Positions 49,301 through 62,514 of a stretch of 64,000 bases of DNA are shown piece by piece. Source of the DNA: Botryllus schlosseri (Eukaryota); assembly GCA_051294905.1 (NCBI GenBank), contig CM119371.1:35528001-35592000 (forward strand), in the 5' to 3' direction. The position numbers were made by a program, and so were the translations under genes. A model generated the notes under the pieces. It saw only the letters and a program-made list of their open reading frames with translations, did no database searches and was not told the origin of the DNA. Positions within the stretch are counted from its first letter, which is position 1; each line of letters begins with the position of its first letter.

Positions 49301-52300
49301 CGAATATCATCTCTACTTTTCAGAGAAATAGCGCGAGTATCATCACCTGGCTAACGTCTTTCGCAAAATTACACGTATAGCTCTCGGATTAAAGACGCCG
49401 ATATTTCTATTTTAGACAAGTGCTCCACTTTTAACCACGTTCAGGAGTCGAGGCTTGTCCCAAAGCATAATCGAACCGAGTTTTAGCCAATTCTACCGTC
49501 TAGTTCGAGTCGAATCTCATCTCTACTTTTCAGAGAAATTGCACGAGTATCATCACCTGGCCAACGTCTTTCGCAAAATTACACGTATAGCTCTCGGATT
49601 AAAGACGCCGATATTTCTATCTTAGACAAGTGCTCCACTTTTAATCACGTTCACGAGTCGAGGCTTGTCCCAAAGCATAATCGAACCGAGTTTTAGCCAA
49701 TTCTACCGTCTAGTTCGAGTCGAATTTCATCTCTACTTTTCAGAGAAATTGCACGAGTATCATCACCTGGCCAACGTCTTTCGCAAAATTACACGTATAG
49801 CTCTCGGATTAAAGATGCCGATATTTCTATCTTAGACAAGTGCTCCACTTTTAATCACGTTCAGGAGTCGAGGCTTGTCCCAAAGCATAATCGAACCGAG
49901 TTTTAGCCAATTCTACCGTCTAGTTCGAGTCGAATCTCATCTCTACTTTTCAGAGAAATTGCACGATTATCATCACCTGGCCAACGTCTTTCGCAAAATT
50001 ACACGTATAGCTCTCGGATTAAAGACGCCGATATTTCTATCTTTGACAAGTGCTCAACTTTTAATCACGTTCAGGAGTCGAGGCTTGTCCTAAAGCATAA
50101 TCGAACCGAGTTTTAGCCAATTCTACCGTCTAGTTCGAGTCGAATTTCATCTATACTTTTCAGAGAAATTGCACGAGTATCATCACCTGGCCAACGTCTT
50201 TCGCAAAATTACACGTATAGCTCTCGGAATAAAGACGCCGATATTTCTATCTTAGACAAGTGCTACACTTTTAATCACGTTCAGGAGTCGAGGCTTGTCC
50301 AAAAGCATAATCGAACCGAGTTTTAGTCAATTCTACCGTCTAGTTCGAGTCGAATTTCATCTCTACTTTTCAGAGAAATTGCACGAGTATCATCACCTGG
50401 CCAACGTCTTTCGCAAAATTACACGTATAGCTCTCGGATTAAAGACGCCGATATTTCTATCTTAGACAAGTGCTCCACTTTTAATCACGTTCACGAGTCG
50501 AGGCTCGTCCCAAAGCATAATCGAACCGAGTTTTAGCCAATTCTACCGTCTAGTTCGAGTCGAATTTCATCTATACTTTTCAGAGAAATTGCACGAGTAT
50601 CATCACCTGGCCAACGTCTTTCGCAAAATTACACGTATAGCTCTCGGATTAAAGACGCCGATATTTCTATCTTAGACAAGTGCTCCACTTTTAATCACGT
50701 TCAGGAGTCGAGGCTTGTCCCAAAGCATAATCGAACCGAGTTTTAGCCAATTCTACCGTCTAGTTCGAGTCGAATTTCATCTCTACTTTTCAGAGAAATT
50801 GCACGAGTATCATCACCTGGCCAACGTCTTTCGCAAAATTACACGTATAGCTCTCGGATTAAAGACGCCGATATTTCTATCTTAGATAAGTGCTCCACTT
50901 TTAATCACGTTCAGGAGTCGAGGCTTGTCCCAAAGCATAATCGAACCGAGTTTTAGCCAATTCTACCGTCTAGTTCGAGTCGAATCTCATCTCTACTTTT
51001 CAGAGAAATTGCACGAGTATCATCACCTGGCCAACGTCTTTCGCAAAATTACACGTATAGCTCTCGGATTAAAGACGCCGATATTTCTATCTTAGACAAG
51101 TGCTCCACTTTTAATCACGTTCACGAGTCGAGGCTTGTCCCAAAGCATAATCGAACCGAGTTTTTGCCAATTCTACCGTCTAGTTCGAGTCGAATTTCAT
51201 CTCTACTTTTCAGAGAAATTGCACGAGTATCATCACCTGGCCAACGTCTTTCGCAAAATTACACGTATAGCTCTCGGATTAAAGACGCCGATATTTCTAT
51301 CTTAGACAAGTACTCCACTTTTAATCACGTTCAGGAGTCGAGGCTTGTCCCAAAGCATAATCGAACCGAGTTTTAGCCAATTCTACCGTCTAGTTCGAGT
51401 CGAATTTCATCTCTACTTTTCAGAGAAATTGCACGAGTATCATCACCTGGCCAACGTCTTTCGCAAAATTACACGTATAGCTCTCGGATTGAAGACGCCG
51501 ATATTTCTATCTTAGACAAGTGCTCCACTTTTATTCACGTTCAGGAGTCGAGGCTTGTCCAAAAGCATAATCGAACCGAGTTTTAGCCAATCTACCGTCT
51601 AGTTCGAGTCGAATTTCATCTCTACTTTTCAGAGAAATTGCACGAGTATCATCACCTGGCCAACGTCTTTCGCAAAATTACACGTATAGCTCTCGGATTA
51701 AAGACGCCGATATTTCTATCTTAGACAAGTGCTCCAATTTTAACCACGTTCAGGAGTCGAGGCTTGTCCCAAAGCATAATCGAACCGAAGTTCAGCCAAT
51801 TCTACCGTCTAGTTCAAGTCGAATCTCATCTCTACTTTTCAGAGAAATAGCGCGAGTATCATCACCTGGCCAACGTCTTTCGCAAAATTACACGTATAGC
51901 TCTCGGATTAAAGACGCCGATATGTCTATCTTAGACAAGTGCTCCACTTTTAACCACGTTCAGGAGTCGAGGCTTGTCCCAAAGCCTAATCGAACCGAAT
52001 TTCAGCCAATTCTACCGTCTAGTTCGAGTCGAATCTCATCTCTACTTTTCAGAGAAATTGCACGAGTATCATCACCTGGCCAACGTGTTTCGCAAAATTA
52101 CACGTATAGCTCTCGGATTAAAGACGCCGATATTTCTATCTTAGACAAGTGCTCCACTTTTAATCACGTTCACGAGTCGAGGCTTGTCCCAAAGCATAAT
52201 CGAACCGAGTTTTAGCCAATACTACCGTCTAGTTCGAGTCGAATTTCATTTCTACTTTTCAGAGAAATTGCACGAGTATCATCACCTGGCCAACGTCTTT

Positions 52301-55300
52301 CGCAAAATTACACGTATAGCTCTCGGATTAAAGACGCCGATATTTCTATCTTAGACAAGTGCTCCACTTTTAACCACGTTCAGGAGTCGAGGCTTGTCCC
52401 AAAGCATAATCGAACCGAGTTTTAGCCAATTCTACCGTCTAGTTCGAGTCGAATTTCATCTCTACTTTTCAGAGAAATTGCACGAGTATCATCACCTTGC
52501 CAACGTCTTTCGCAAAATTACACGTATAGCTCTCGGATTAAAGACGCCGATATTTCTATCTTAGACAAGTGCTCCACTTTTAACCACGTTCAGGAGTGGA
52601 GGCTTGTCCCAAAGCATAATCGAACCTAATTTCAGCCAATTCTACCGTCTAGTTCGAGTCGAATATCATCTCTACTTTTCAGAGACATAGCGCGAGTATC
52701 ATCACCTGGCTAACGTCTTTCGCAAAATTACACGTATAGCTCTCGGATTAAAGACGCCGATATTTCTATTTTAGACAAGTGCTCCACTTTTAACCACGTT
52801 CAGGAGTCGAGGCTTGTCCCAAAGCATAATCGAACCGAGTTTTAGCCAATTCTACCGTCTAGTTCGAGTCGAATCTCATCTCTACTTTTCAGAGAAATTG
52901 CACGAGTATCATCACCTGGCCAACGTCTCTCGCAAAATTACACGTATAGCTCTCGGATTAAAGACGCCGATATTTCTATCTCAGACAAGTGCTCCACTTT
53001 TAATCACGTTCACGAGTCGAGGCTTGTCCCAAAGCATAATCGAACCGAGTTTTAGCCAATTCTACCGTCTAGTTCGAGTCGAATTTCATCTCTACTTTTC
53101 AGAGAAATTGCACGAGTATCATCACCTGGCCAACGTCTTTCGCAAAATTACACGTATAGCTCTCGGATTAAAGACGCCGATATTTCTATCTTAGACAAGT
53201 GCTCCACTTTTAATCACGTTCAGGAGTCGAGGCTTGTCCCAAAGCATAATCGAACCGAGTTTTAGCCAATTCTACCGTCTAGTTCGAGTCGAATCTCATC
53301 TCTACTTTTCAGAGAAATTGCACGATTATCATCACCTGGCCAACGTCTTTCGCAAAATTACACGTATAGCTCTCGGATTAAAGACGCCGATATTTCTATC
53401 TTTGACAAGTGCTCCACTTTTAATCACGTTCAGGAGTCGAGGCTTGTCCTAAAGCATAATCGAACCGAGTTTTAGCCAATTCTACCGTCTAGTTCGAGTC
53501 GAATTTCATCTCTACTTTTCAGAGAAATTGCACGAGTATCATCACCTGGCCAACGTCTTTCGCAAAATTACACGTATAGCTCTCGGAATAAAGACGCCGA
53601 TATTTCTATCTTAGACAAGTGCTACACTTTTAATCACGTTCAGGAGTCGAGGCTTGTCCAAAAGCATAATCGAACCGAGTTTTAGTCAATTCTACCGTCT
53701 AGTTCGAGTCGAATTTCATCTCTACTTTTCAGAGAAATTGCACGAGTATCATCACCTGGCCAACGTCTTTCGCAAAATTACACGTATAGCTCTCGGATTA
53801 AAGACGCCGATATTTCTATCTTAGACAAGTGCTCCACTTTTAATCACGTTCACGAGTCGAGGCTCGTCCCAAAGCATAATCGAACCGAGTTTTAGCCAAT
53901 TCTACCGTCTAGTTCGAGTCGAATTTCATCTCTACTTTTCAGAGAAATTGCACGAGTATCATCACCTGGCCAACGTCTTTCGCAAAATTACACGTATAGC
54001 TCTCGGATTAAAGACGCCGATATTTCTATCTTAGACAAGTGCTCCACTTTTAATCACGTTCAGGAGTCGAGGCTTGTCCGAAAGCATAATCGAACCGAGT
54101 TTTAGCCAATACTACCGTCTAGTTCGAGTCGAATTTCATTTCTACTTTTCAGAGAAATTGCACGAGTATCATCACCTGGCCAACGTCTTTCGCAAAATTA
54201 CACGTATAGCTCTCGGATTAAAGACGCCGATATTTCTATCTTAGACAAGTGCTCCACTTTTAATCACGTTCAGGAGTCGAGGCTTGTCCCAAAGCATAAT
54301 CGAACCGAGTTTTAGCCAATTCTGCCGTCTAGTTCGAGTCGAATTTCATCTCTACTTTTCAGAGAAATTGCACGAGTATCATCACCTGGCCAACGTCTTT
54401 CGCAAAATTACACGTATAGCTCTCGGATTAAAGACGCCGATATTTCTATCTTAGACAAGTGCTCCTCTTTTAATCACGTTCAGGAGTCGAGGCTTGTCCC
54501 AAAGCATAATCGAACCGAGTTTTAGCCAATTCTACCGTCTAGTTCGAGTCGAATTTCATCTCTACTTTTCAGAGAAATTGCACGAGTATCATCACCTGGC
54601 CAACGTCTTTCGCAAAATTACACGTATAGCTCTCGGATTAAAGACGCCGATATTTCTATCTTAGACAAGTGCTCCACTTTTAATCACGTTCAGGAGTCGA
54701 GGCTTGTCCCAAAGCATAATCGAACCGAGTTTTAGCCAATTCTACCGTCTAGTTCGAGTCGAATCTCATCTCTACTTTTCAGAGAAATTGCACGAGTATC
54801 ATCACCTGGCAAACGTCTTTCGCAAAATTACACGTATAGCTCTCGGATTAAAGACGCCGATATTTCTATCTTAGACAAGTGCTCCACTTTTAATCACGTT
54901 CACGAGTCGAGGCTTGTCCCAAAGCATAATCGAACCGAGTTTTAGCCAATACTACCGTCTAGTTCGAGTCGAATTTCATTTCTACTTTTCAGAGAAATTG
55001 CACGAGTATCATCACCTGGCCAACGTCTTTCGCAAAATTACACGTATAGCTCTCGGATTAAAGACGCCGATATTTCTATCTTAGACAAGTGCTCCACTTT
55101 TAATCACGTTCAGGAGTCGAGGCTTGTCCCAAAGCATAATCGAACCGAGTTTTAGCCAATTCTACCGTCTAGTTCGAGTCGAATTTCATCTCTACTTTTC
55201 AGAGAAATTGCACGAGTATCATCACCTGGCCAACGTCTTTCGCAAAATTACACTTATAGCTCTCGGATTAAAGACGCCGATATTTCTATCTTAGACAAGT

Positions 55301-58300
55301 GCTCCACTCTTAATCACGTTCACGGGTCGAGGCTTGTCCCAAAGCATAATCGAACCGAGTTTTAGCCAATTCTACCGTCTAGTTCGAGTCGAATTTCATC
55401 TCTACTTTTCAGAGAAATTGCACGAGTATCATCACCTGGCCAACGTCTTTCGCAAAATTACACGTATAGCTCTCGGATTAAAGACGCCGATATTTCTATC
55501 TTAGACAAGTGCTCCACTTTTAATCACGTTCAGGAGTCGAGGCTTGTCCGAAAGCATAATCGAACCGAGTTTTAGCCAATTCTACCGTCTAGTTCGAGTC
55601 GAATTTCATCTCTACTTTTCAGAGAAATTGCACGAGTATCATCACCTGGCCAACGTCTTTCGCAAAATTACACGTATAGCTCTCGGATTAAAGACGCCGA
55701 TATTTCTATCTTAGACAAGTGCTCCACTTTTAATCACGTTCAGAAGTCGAGGCTTGTCCCAAAGCATAATCGAACCGAGTTTTAGCCAATTCTACCGTCT
55801 AGTTCGAGTCGAATTTCATCTCTACTTTTCAGAGAAATTGCACGAGTATCATCACCTGGCCAACGTCTTTCGCAAAATTACACGTATAGCTCTCGGATTA
55901 AAGACGCCGATATTTCTATCTTAGACAAGTGCTCCACTTTTAATCACGTTCAGGAGTCGAGGCTTGTCCGAAAGCATAATCGAACCGAGTTTTAGCCAAT
56001 TCTACCGTCTAGTTCGAGTCGAATTTCATCTCTACTTTTCAGAGAAATTGCACGAGTATCATCACCTGGCCAACGTCTTTCGCAAAATTACACGTATAGC
56101 TCTCGGATTAAAGACGCCGATATTTCTATCTTAGACAAGTGCTCCACTTTTAATCACGTTCAGAAGTCGAGGCTTGTCCCAAAGCATAATCGAACCGAGT
56201 TTTAGCCAATTCTACCGTCTAGTTCGAGTCGAATTTCATCTCTACTTTTCAGAGAAATTGCACGAGTATCATCACCTGGCCAACGTCTTTCGCAAAATTA
56301 CACGTATAGCTCTCGGATTAAAGACGCCGATATTTCTATCTTAGACAAGTGCTCCACTTTTAATCACGTTCAGGAGTCGAGGCTTGTCCGAAAGCATAAT
56401 CGAACCGAGTTTTAGCCAATTCTACCGTCTAGTTCGAGTCGAATTTCATCTCTACTTTTCAGAGAAATTGCACGAGTATCATCACCTGGCCAACGTCTTT
56501 CGCAAAATTACACGTATAGCTCTCGGATTAAAGACGCCGATATTTCTATCTTAGACAAGTGCTCCACTTTTAATCACGTTCAGGAGTCGAGGCTTGTCCC
56601 AAAGCATAATCGAACCGAGTTTTAGCCAATTCTACCGTCTAGTTCGAGTCGAATTTCATCTCTACTTTTCAGAGAAATTGCACGAGTATCATCACCTGGC
56701 CAACGTCTTTCGCAAAATTACACGTATAGCTCTCGGATTAAAGACGCCGATATTTCTATCTTAGACAAGTGCTCCACTTTTAATCACGTTCACGAGTCGA
56801 GGCTTGTCCCAAAGCATAATCGAACCGAGTTTTAGCCAATACTACCGTCTAGTTCGAGTCGAATTTCATTTCTACTTTTCAGAGAAATTGCACGAGTATC
56901 ATCACCTGGCCAACGTCTTTCGCAAAATTACACGTATAGCTCTCGGATTAAAGACGCCGATATTTCTATCTTAGACAAGTGCTCCACTTTTAATCACGTT
57001 CAGGAGTCGAGGCTTGTCCAAAAGCATAATCGAACCGAGTTTTAGCCAATTCTACCGTCTAGTTCGAGTCGAATTTCATCTCTACTTTTCAGAGAAATTG
57101 CACGAGTATCATCACCTGGCCAACGTCTTTCGCAAAATTACACGTATAGCTCTCGGATTAAAGACGCCGATATTTCTATCTTAGACAAGTGCTCCTCTTT
57201 TAATCACGTTCAGGAGTCGAGGCTTGTCCGAAAGCATATTCGAACCGAATTTCAGCCAATTCTACCGTCTAGTTCGAGTCGAATCTCATCTCTACTTTTC
57301 AGAGAAATTGCACGAGTATCATCACCTGGCCAACGTCTTTCGCAAAATTACACGTATATCTCTCGGATTAAAGACGCCGATATTTCTATCTTAGACAAGT
57401 GCTCCACTTTTAATCACGTTCACGTGTCGAGGCTTGTCCCAAAGTATAATCGAACCGAGTTTTAGCCAATACTACCGTCTAGTTCGAGTCGAATTTCATT
57501 TCTACTTTTCAGAGAAATTGCACGAGTATCATCACCTGGCCAACGTCTTTCGCAAAATTACACGTATAGCTCTCGGATTAAAGACGCCGATATTTCTATC
57601 TTAGACAAGTGCTCCACTTTTAATCACGTTCAGGAGTCGAGGCTTGTCCCAAAGCATGATCGAACCGAATGTCAGCCAATTCTACCGTCTAGTTCGAGTC
57701 GAATATCATCTCTACTTTTCAGAGAAATAGCGCGAGTATCATCACCTTGCTAACGTCTTTCGCAAAATTACACGTATAGCTCTCGGATTAAAGACGCCGA
57801 TATTTCTATCTTGGACAAGTGCTCCACTTTTAACCATGTTCAGTAGTCGAGGCTTGTCCCAAAGCATAATCGAACCGAATTGCAGCCAATTCTACCGTCT
57901 AGTTTGAGTCGAATCTCATCTCTACTTTTCAGAGAAATTGCACGAGTATCATCACCTGGCCAACGTCTTTCGCAAAATTACACGTATAGCTCTCGGATTA
58001 AAGACGCCGATATTTTTATCTTAGACAAGTGCTCCACTTTTACCCACGTTCAGGAGTCGAGGCTTGTCCCAAAGCATAATCGAACCGAATTTCAGCCAAT
58101 TCTACCGTCTAGTTCGAGTCGAATCTCATCTCTACTTTTCAGAGAAATTGCACGATTATCATCACCTGGCCAACGTCTTTCGCAAAATTACACGTATAGC
58201 TCTCGGATTAAAGACGCCGATATTTCTATCTTTGACAAGTGCTCCACTTGTAATCACGTTCAGGAGTCGAGGCTTGTCCTAAAGCATAATCGAACCGAGT

Positions 58301-61300
58301 TTTAGCCAATTCTACCGTCTAGTTCGAGTCGAATTTCATCTCTACTTTTCAGAGAAATTGCACGAGTATCATCACCTGGCCAACGTCTTTCGCAAAATTA
58401 CACGTATAGCTCTCGGATTAAAGACGCCGATATTTCTATCTTAGACAAGTGCTCCACTTTTAATCACGTTCAGGAGTCGAGGCTTGTCCCAAAGCATAAT
58501 CGAACCGAGTTTTAGCCAATTCTACCGTCTAGTTCGAGTCGAATTTCATCTCTACTTTTCAGAGAAATTGCACGAGTATCATCACCTGGCAAACGTGTTT
58601 CGCAAAATTACACGTATAGCTCTCGGATTAAAGACGCCGATATTTCTATCTTAGACAAGTGCTCCACTTTTAATCACGTTCACGGGTCGAGGCTTGTCCC
58701 AAAGCATAATCGAACCGAATTTCAGCCAATTCTACCGTCTAGTTCGAGTCGAATCTCATCTCTACTTTTCAGAGAAATTGCACGAGTATCATCACCTGGC
58801 CAACGTGTTTCGCAAAATTACACGTATAGCTCTCGGATTAAAGACGCCGATATTTCTATCTTAGACAAGTGCTCCACTTTTAATCACGTTCACGAGTCGA
58901 GGCTTGTCCCAAAGCATAATCGAACCGAGTTTTAGCCAATACTACCGTCTAGTTCGAGTCGAATTTCATTTATACTTTTCAGAGAAATTGCACGAGTATC
59001 ATCACCTGGCCAACGTCTTTCGCAAAATTACACGTATAGCTCTCGGATTAAAGACGCCGATATTGCTATCTTAGACAAGTGCTCCACTTTTAACCACGTT
59101 CAGGAGTCGAGGCTTGTCCCAAAGCATAATCGAACCGAGTTTTAGCCAATTCTACCGTCTAGTTCGAGTCGAATTTCATCTCTACTTTTCAGAGAAATTG
59201 CACGAGTATCATCACCTTGCCAACGTCTTTCGCAAAATTACACGTATAGCTCTCGGATTAAAGACGCCGATATTTCTATCTTAGACAAGTGCTCCACTTT
59301 TAACCACGTTCAGGAGTCGAGGCTTGTCCCAAAGCATAATCGAACCTAATTTCAGCCAATTCTACCGTCTAGTTCGAGTCGAATATCATCTCTACTTTTC
59401 AGAGAAATAGCGCGAGTATCATCACCTGGCTAACGTCTTTCGCAAAATTACACGTATAGCTCTCGGATTAAAGACGCCGATATTTCTATTTTAGACAAGT
59501 GCTCCACTTTTAACCACGTTCAGGAGTCGAGGCTTGTCCCAAAGCATAATCGAACCGAGTTTTAGCCAATTCTACCGTCTAGTTCGAGTCGAATCTCATC
59601 TCTACTTTTCAGAGAAATTGCACGAGTATCATCACCTGGCCAACGTCTTTCGCAAAATTACACGTATAGCTCTCGGATTAAAGACGCCGATATTTCTATC
59701 TTAGACAAGTGCTCCACTTTTAATCACGTTCAGGAGTCGAGGCTTGTCCCAAAGCATAATCGAACCGAGTTTTAGCCAATTCTACCGTCTAGTTCGAGTC
59801 GAATCTCATCTCTACTTTTCAGAGAAATTGCACGATTATCATCACCTGGCCAACGTCTTTCGCAAAATTACACGTATAGCTCTCGGATTAAAGACGCCGA
59901 TATTTCTATCTTTGACAAGTGCTCCACTTTTAATCACGTTCAGGAGTCGAGGCTTGTCTTAAAGCATAATCGAACCGAGTTTTAGCCAATTCTACCGTCT
60001 AGTTCGAGTCGAATTTCATCTCTACTTTTCAGAGAAATTGCACGAGTATCATCACCTGGCCAACGTCTTTCGCAAAATTACACGTATAGCTCTCGGATTA
60101 AAGACGCCGATATTTCTATCTTAGACAAGTGCTCCACTTTCAATCACGTTCAGGAGTCGAGGCTTGTCCCAAAGCATAATCGAACCGAGTTTTAGCCAAT
60201 TCTACCGTCTAGTTCGAGTCGAATTTCATCTCTACTTTTCAGAGAAATTGCACGAGTATCATCACCTGGCCAACGTGTTTCGCAAAATTACACGTATAGC
60301 TCTCGGATTAAAGACGCCGATATTTCTATCTTAGACAAGTGCTCCACTTTTAATCACGTTCACGGGTCGAGGCTTGTCCCAAAGCATAATCGAACCGAAT
60401 TTCAGCCAATTCTACCGTCTAGTTCGAGTCGAATCTCATCTCTACTTTTCAGAGAAATTGCACGAGTATCATCACCTGGCCAACGTCTTTCGCAAAATTA
60501 CACGTATAGCTCTCGGATTAAAGACGCCGATATTTCTATCTTAGACAAGTGCTCCACTTTTAATCACGTTCACGAGTCGAGGCTTGTCCCAAAGCATAAT
60601 CGAACCGAGTTTTAGCCAATACTACCGTCTAGTTCGAGTCGAATTTCATTTCTACTTTTCAGAGAAATTGCACGAGTATCATCACCTGGCCAACGTCTTT
60701 CGCAAAATTACACGTATAGCTCTCGGATTAAAGACGCCGATATTTCTATCTTAGACAAGTGCTCCACTTTTAATCACGTTCAGGAGTCGAGGCTTGTCCC
60801 AAAGCAAAATCGAACCGAGTTTTAGCCAATTCAACCGTCTAGTTCGAGTCGAATTTCATCTCTACTTTTCAGAGAAATTGCACGAGTATCATCACCTGGC
60901 CAACGTCTTTCGCAAAATTACACTTATAGCTCTCGGAATAAAGACGCCGATATTTCTATCTTAGACAAGTGCTCCACTTTTAATCACGTTCACGGGTCGA
61001 GGCTTGTCCCAAAGCATAATCGAACCGAGTTTTAGCCAATTCTACCGTCTAGTTCGAGTCGAATTTCATCTCTACTTTTCAGAGAAATTGCACGAGTATC
61101 ATCACCTGGCCAACGTCTTTCGCAAAATTACACGTATAGCTCTCGGGTTAAAGACGCCGATATTTCTATCTTAGACAAGTGCTCCACTTTTAATCACGTT
61201 CAGGAGTCGAGGCTTGTCCGAAAGCATAATCGAACCGAGTTTTAGCCAATTCTACCGTCTAGTTCGAGTCGAATTTTATCTCTACTTTTCAGAGAAATTG

Positions 61301-62401
61301 CACGAGTATCATCACCTGGCCAACGTCTTTCGCAAAATTACACGTATAGCTCTCGGATTAAAGACGCCGATATTTCTATCTTAGACAAGTGCTCCACTTT
61401 TAATCACGTTCAGGAGTCGAGGCTTGTCCCAAAGCATAATCGAACCGAGTTTTAGCCAATTCTACCGTCTAGTTCGAGTCGAATTTCATCTCTACTTTTC
61501 AGAGAAATTGCACGAGTATCATCACCTGGCCAACGTGTTTCGCAAAATTACACGTATAGCTCTCGGATTAAAGACGCCGATATTTCTATCTTAGACAAGT
61601 GCTCCACTTTTAACCACGTTCAGGAGTCGAGGCTTGTCCCAAAGCATAATCGAACCGAGTTTTAGCCAATTCTACCGTCTAGTTCGAGTCGAATTTCATC
61701 TCTACTTTTCAGAGAAATTGCACGAGTATCATCACCTGGCCAACGTCTTTCGCAAAATTACACGTATAGCTCTCGGATTAAAGACGCCGATATTTCTATC
61801 TTAGACAAGTGCTCCACTTTTAATCACGTTCAGGAGTCGAGGCTTGTCCGAAAGCATAATCGAACCGAATTTCAGCCAATTCTACCGTCTAGTTCGAGTC
61901 GAATCTCATCTCCTCTTTTCAGAGAAATTGCACGAGTATCATCACCTGGCCAACGTGTTTCGCAAAATTACACGTATAGCTCTCGGATTAAAGACGCCGA
62001 TATTTCTATCTTAGACAAGTGCTCCACTTTTAACCACGTTCAGGAGTCGAGGCTTGTCCCAAAGCATAATCGAACCGAGTTTTAGCCAATTCTACCGTCT
62101 AGTTCGAGTCGAATTTCATCTCTACTTTTCAGAGAAATTGCACGAGTATCATCACCTGGCCAACGTCTTTCGCAAAATTACACGTATAGCTCTCGGATTA
62201 AAGACGCCGATATTTCTATCTTAGACAAGTGCTCCACTTTTAATCACGTTCAGGAGTCGAGGCTTGTCCGAAAGCATAATCGAACCGAATTTCAGCCAAT
62301 TCTACCGTCTAGTTCGAGTCGAATCTCATCTCCTCTTTTCAGAGAAATTGCACGAGTATCATCACCTGGCCAACGTCTTTCGCAAAATTACACGTATAGC
62401 T
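31311..62401 (+). repeat. 210-bp satellite array, segment 3 (about 148 monomers) with 2-, 4-, 6- and 16-mer higher-order duplications
   Basis: Continuous 210-bp period with 1-bp deletions near 48232 and 51591. Diagnostic variants recur at 420, 840, 1260, 3359/3360 and 4620 bp spacing. Confidence 0.99.
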
Positions 62402-62514
62402 ATTTTCGGCTTGAGACGTCGTCGCGTGCGGACCTCTTGCTGCGCTTCCTAACTGAGTAGTCTGAGATAGACAAGCGCTCTATAATAATTAGTGATCTAC
62501 AACGCCAGTATCGG

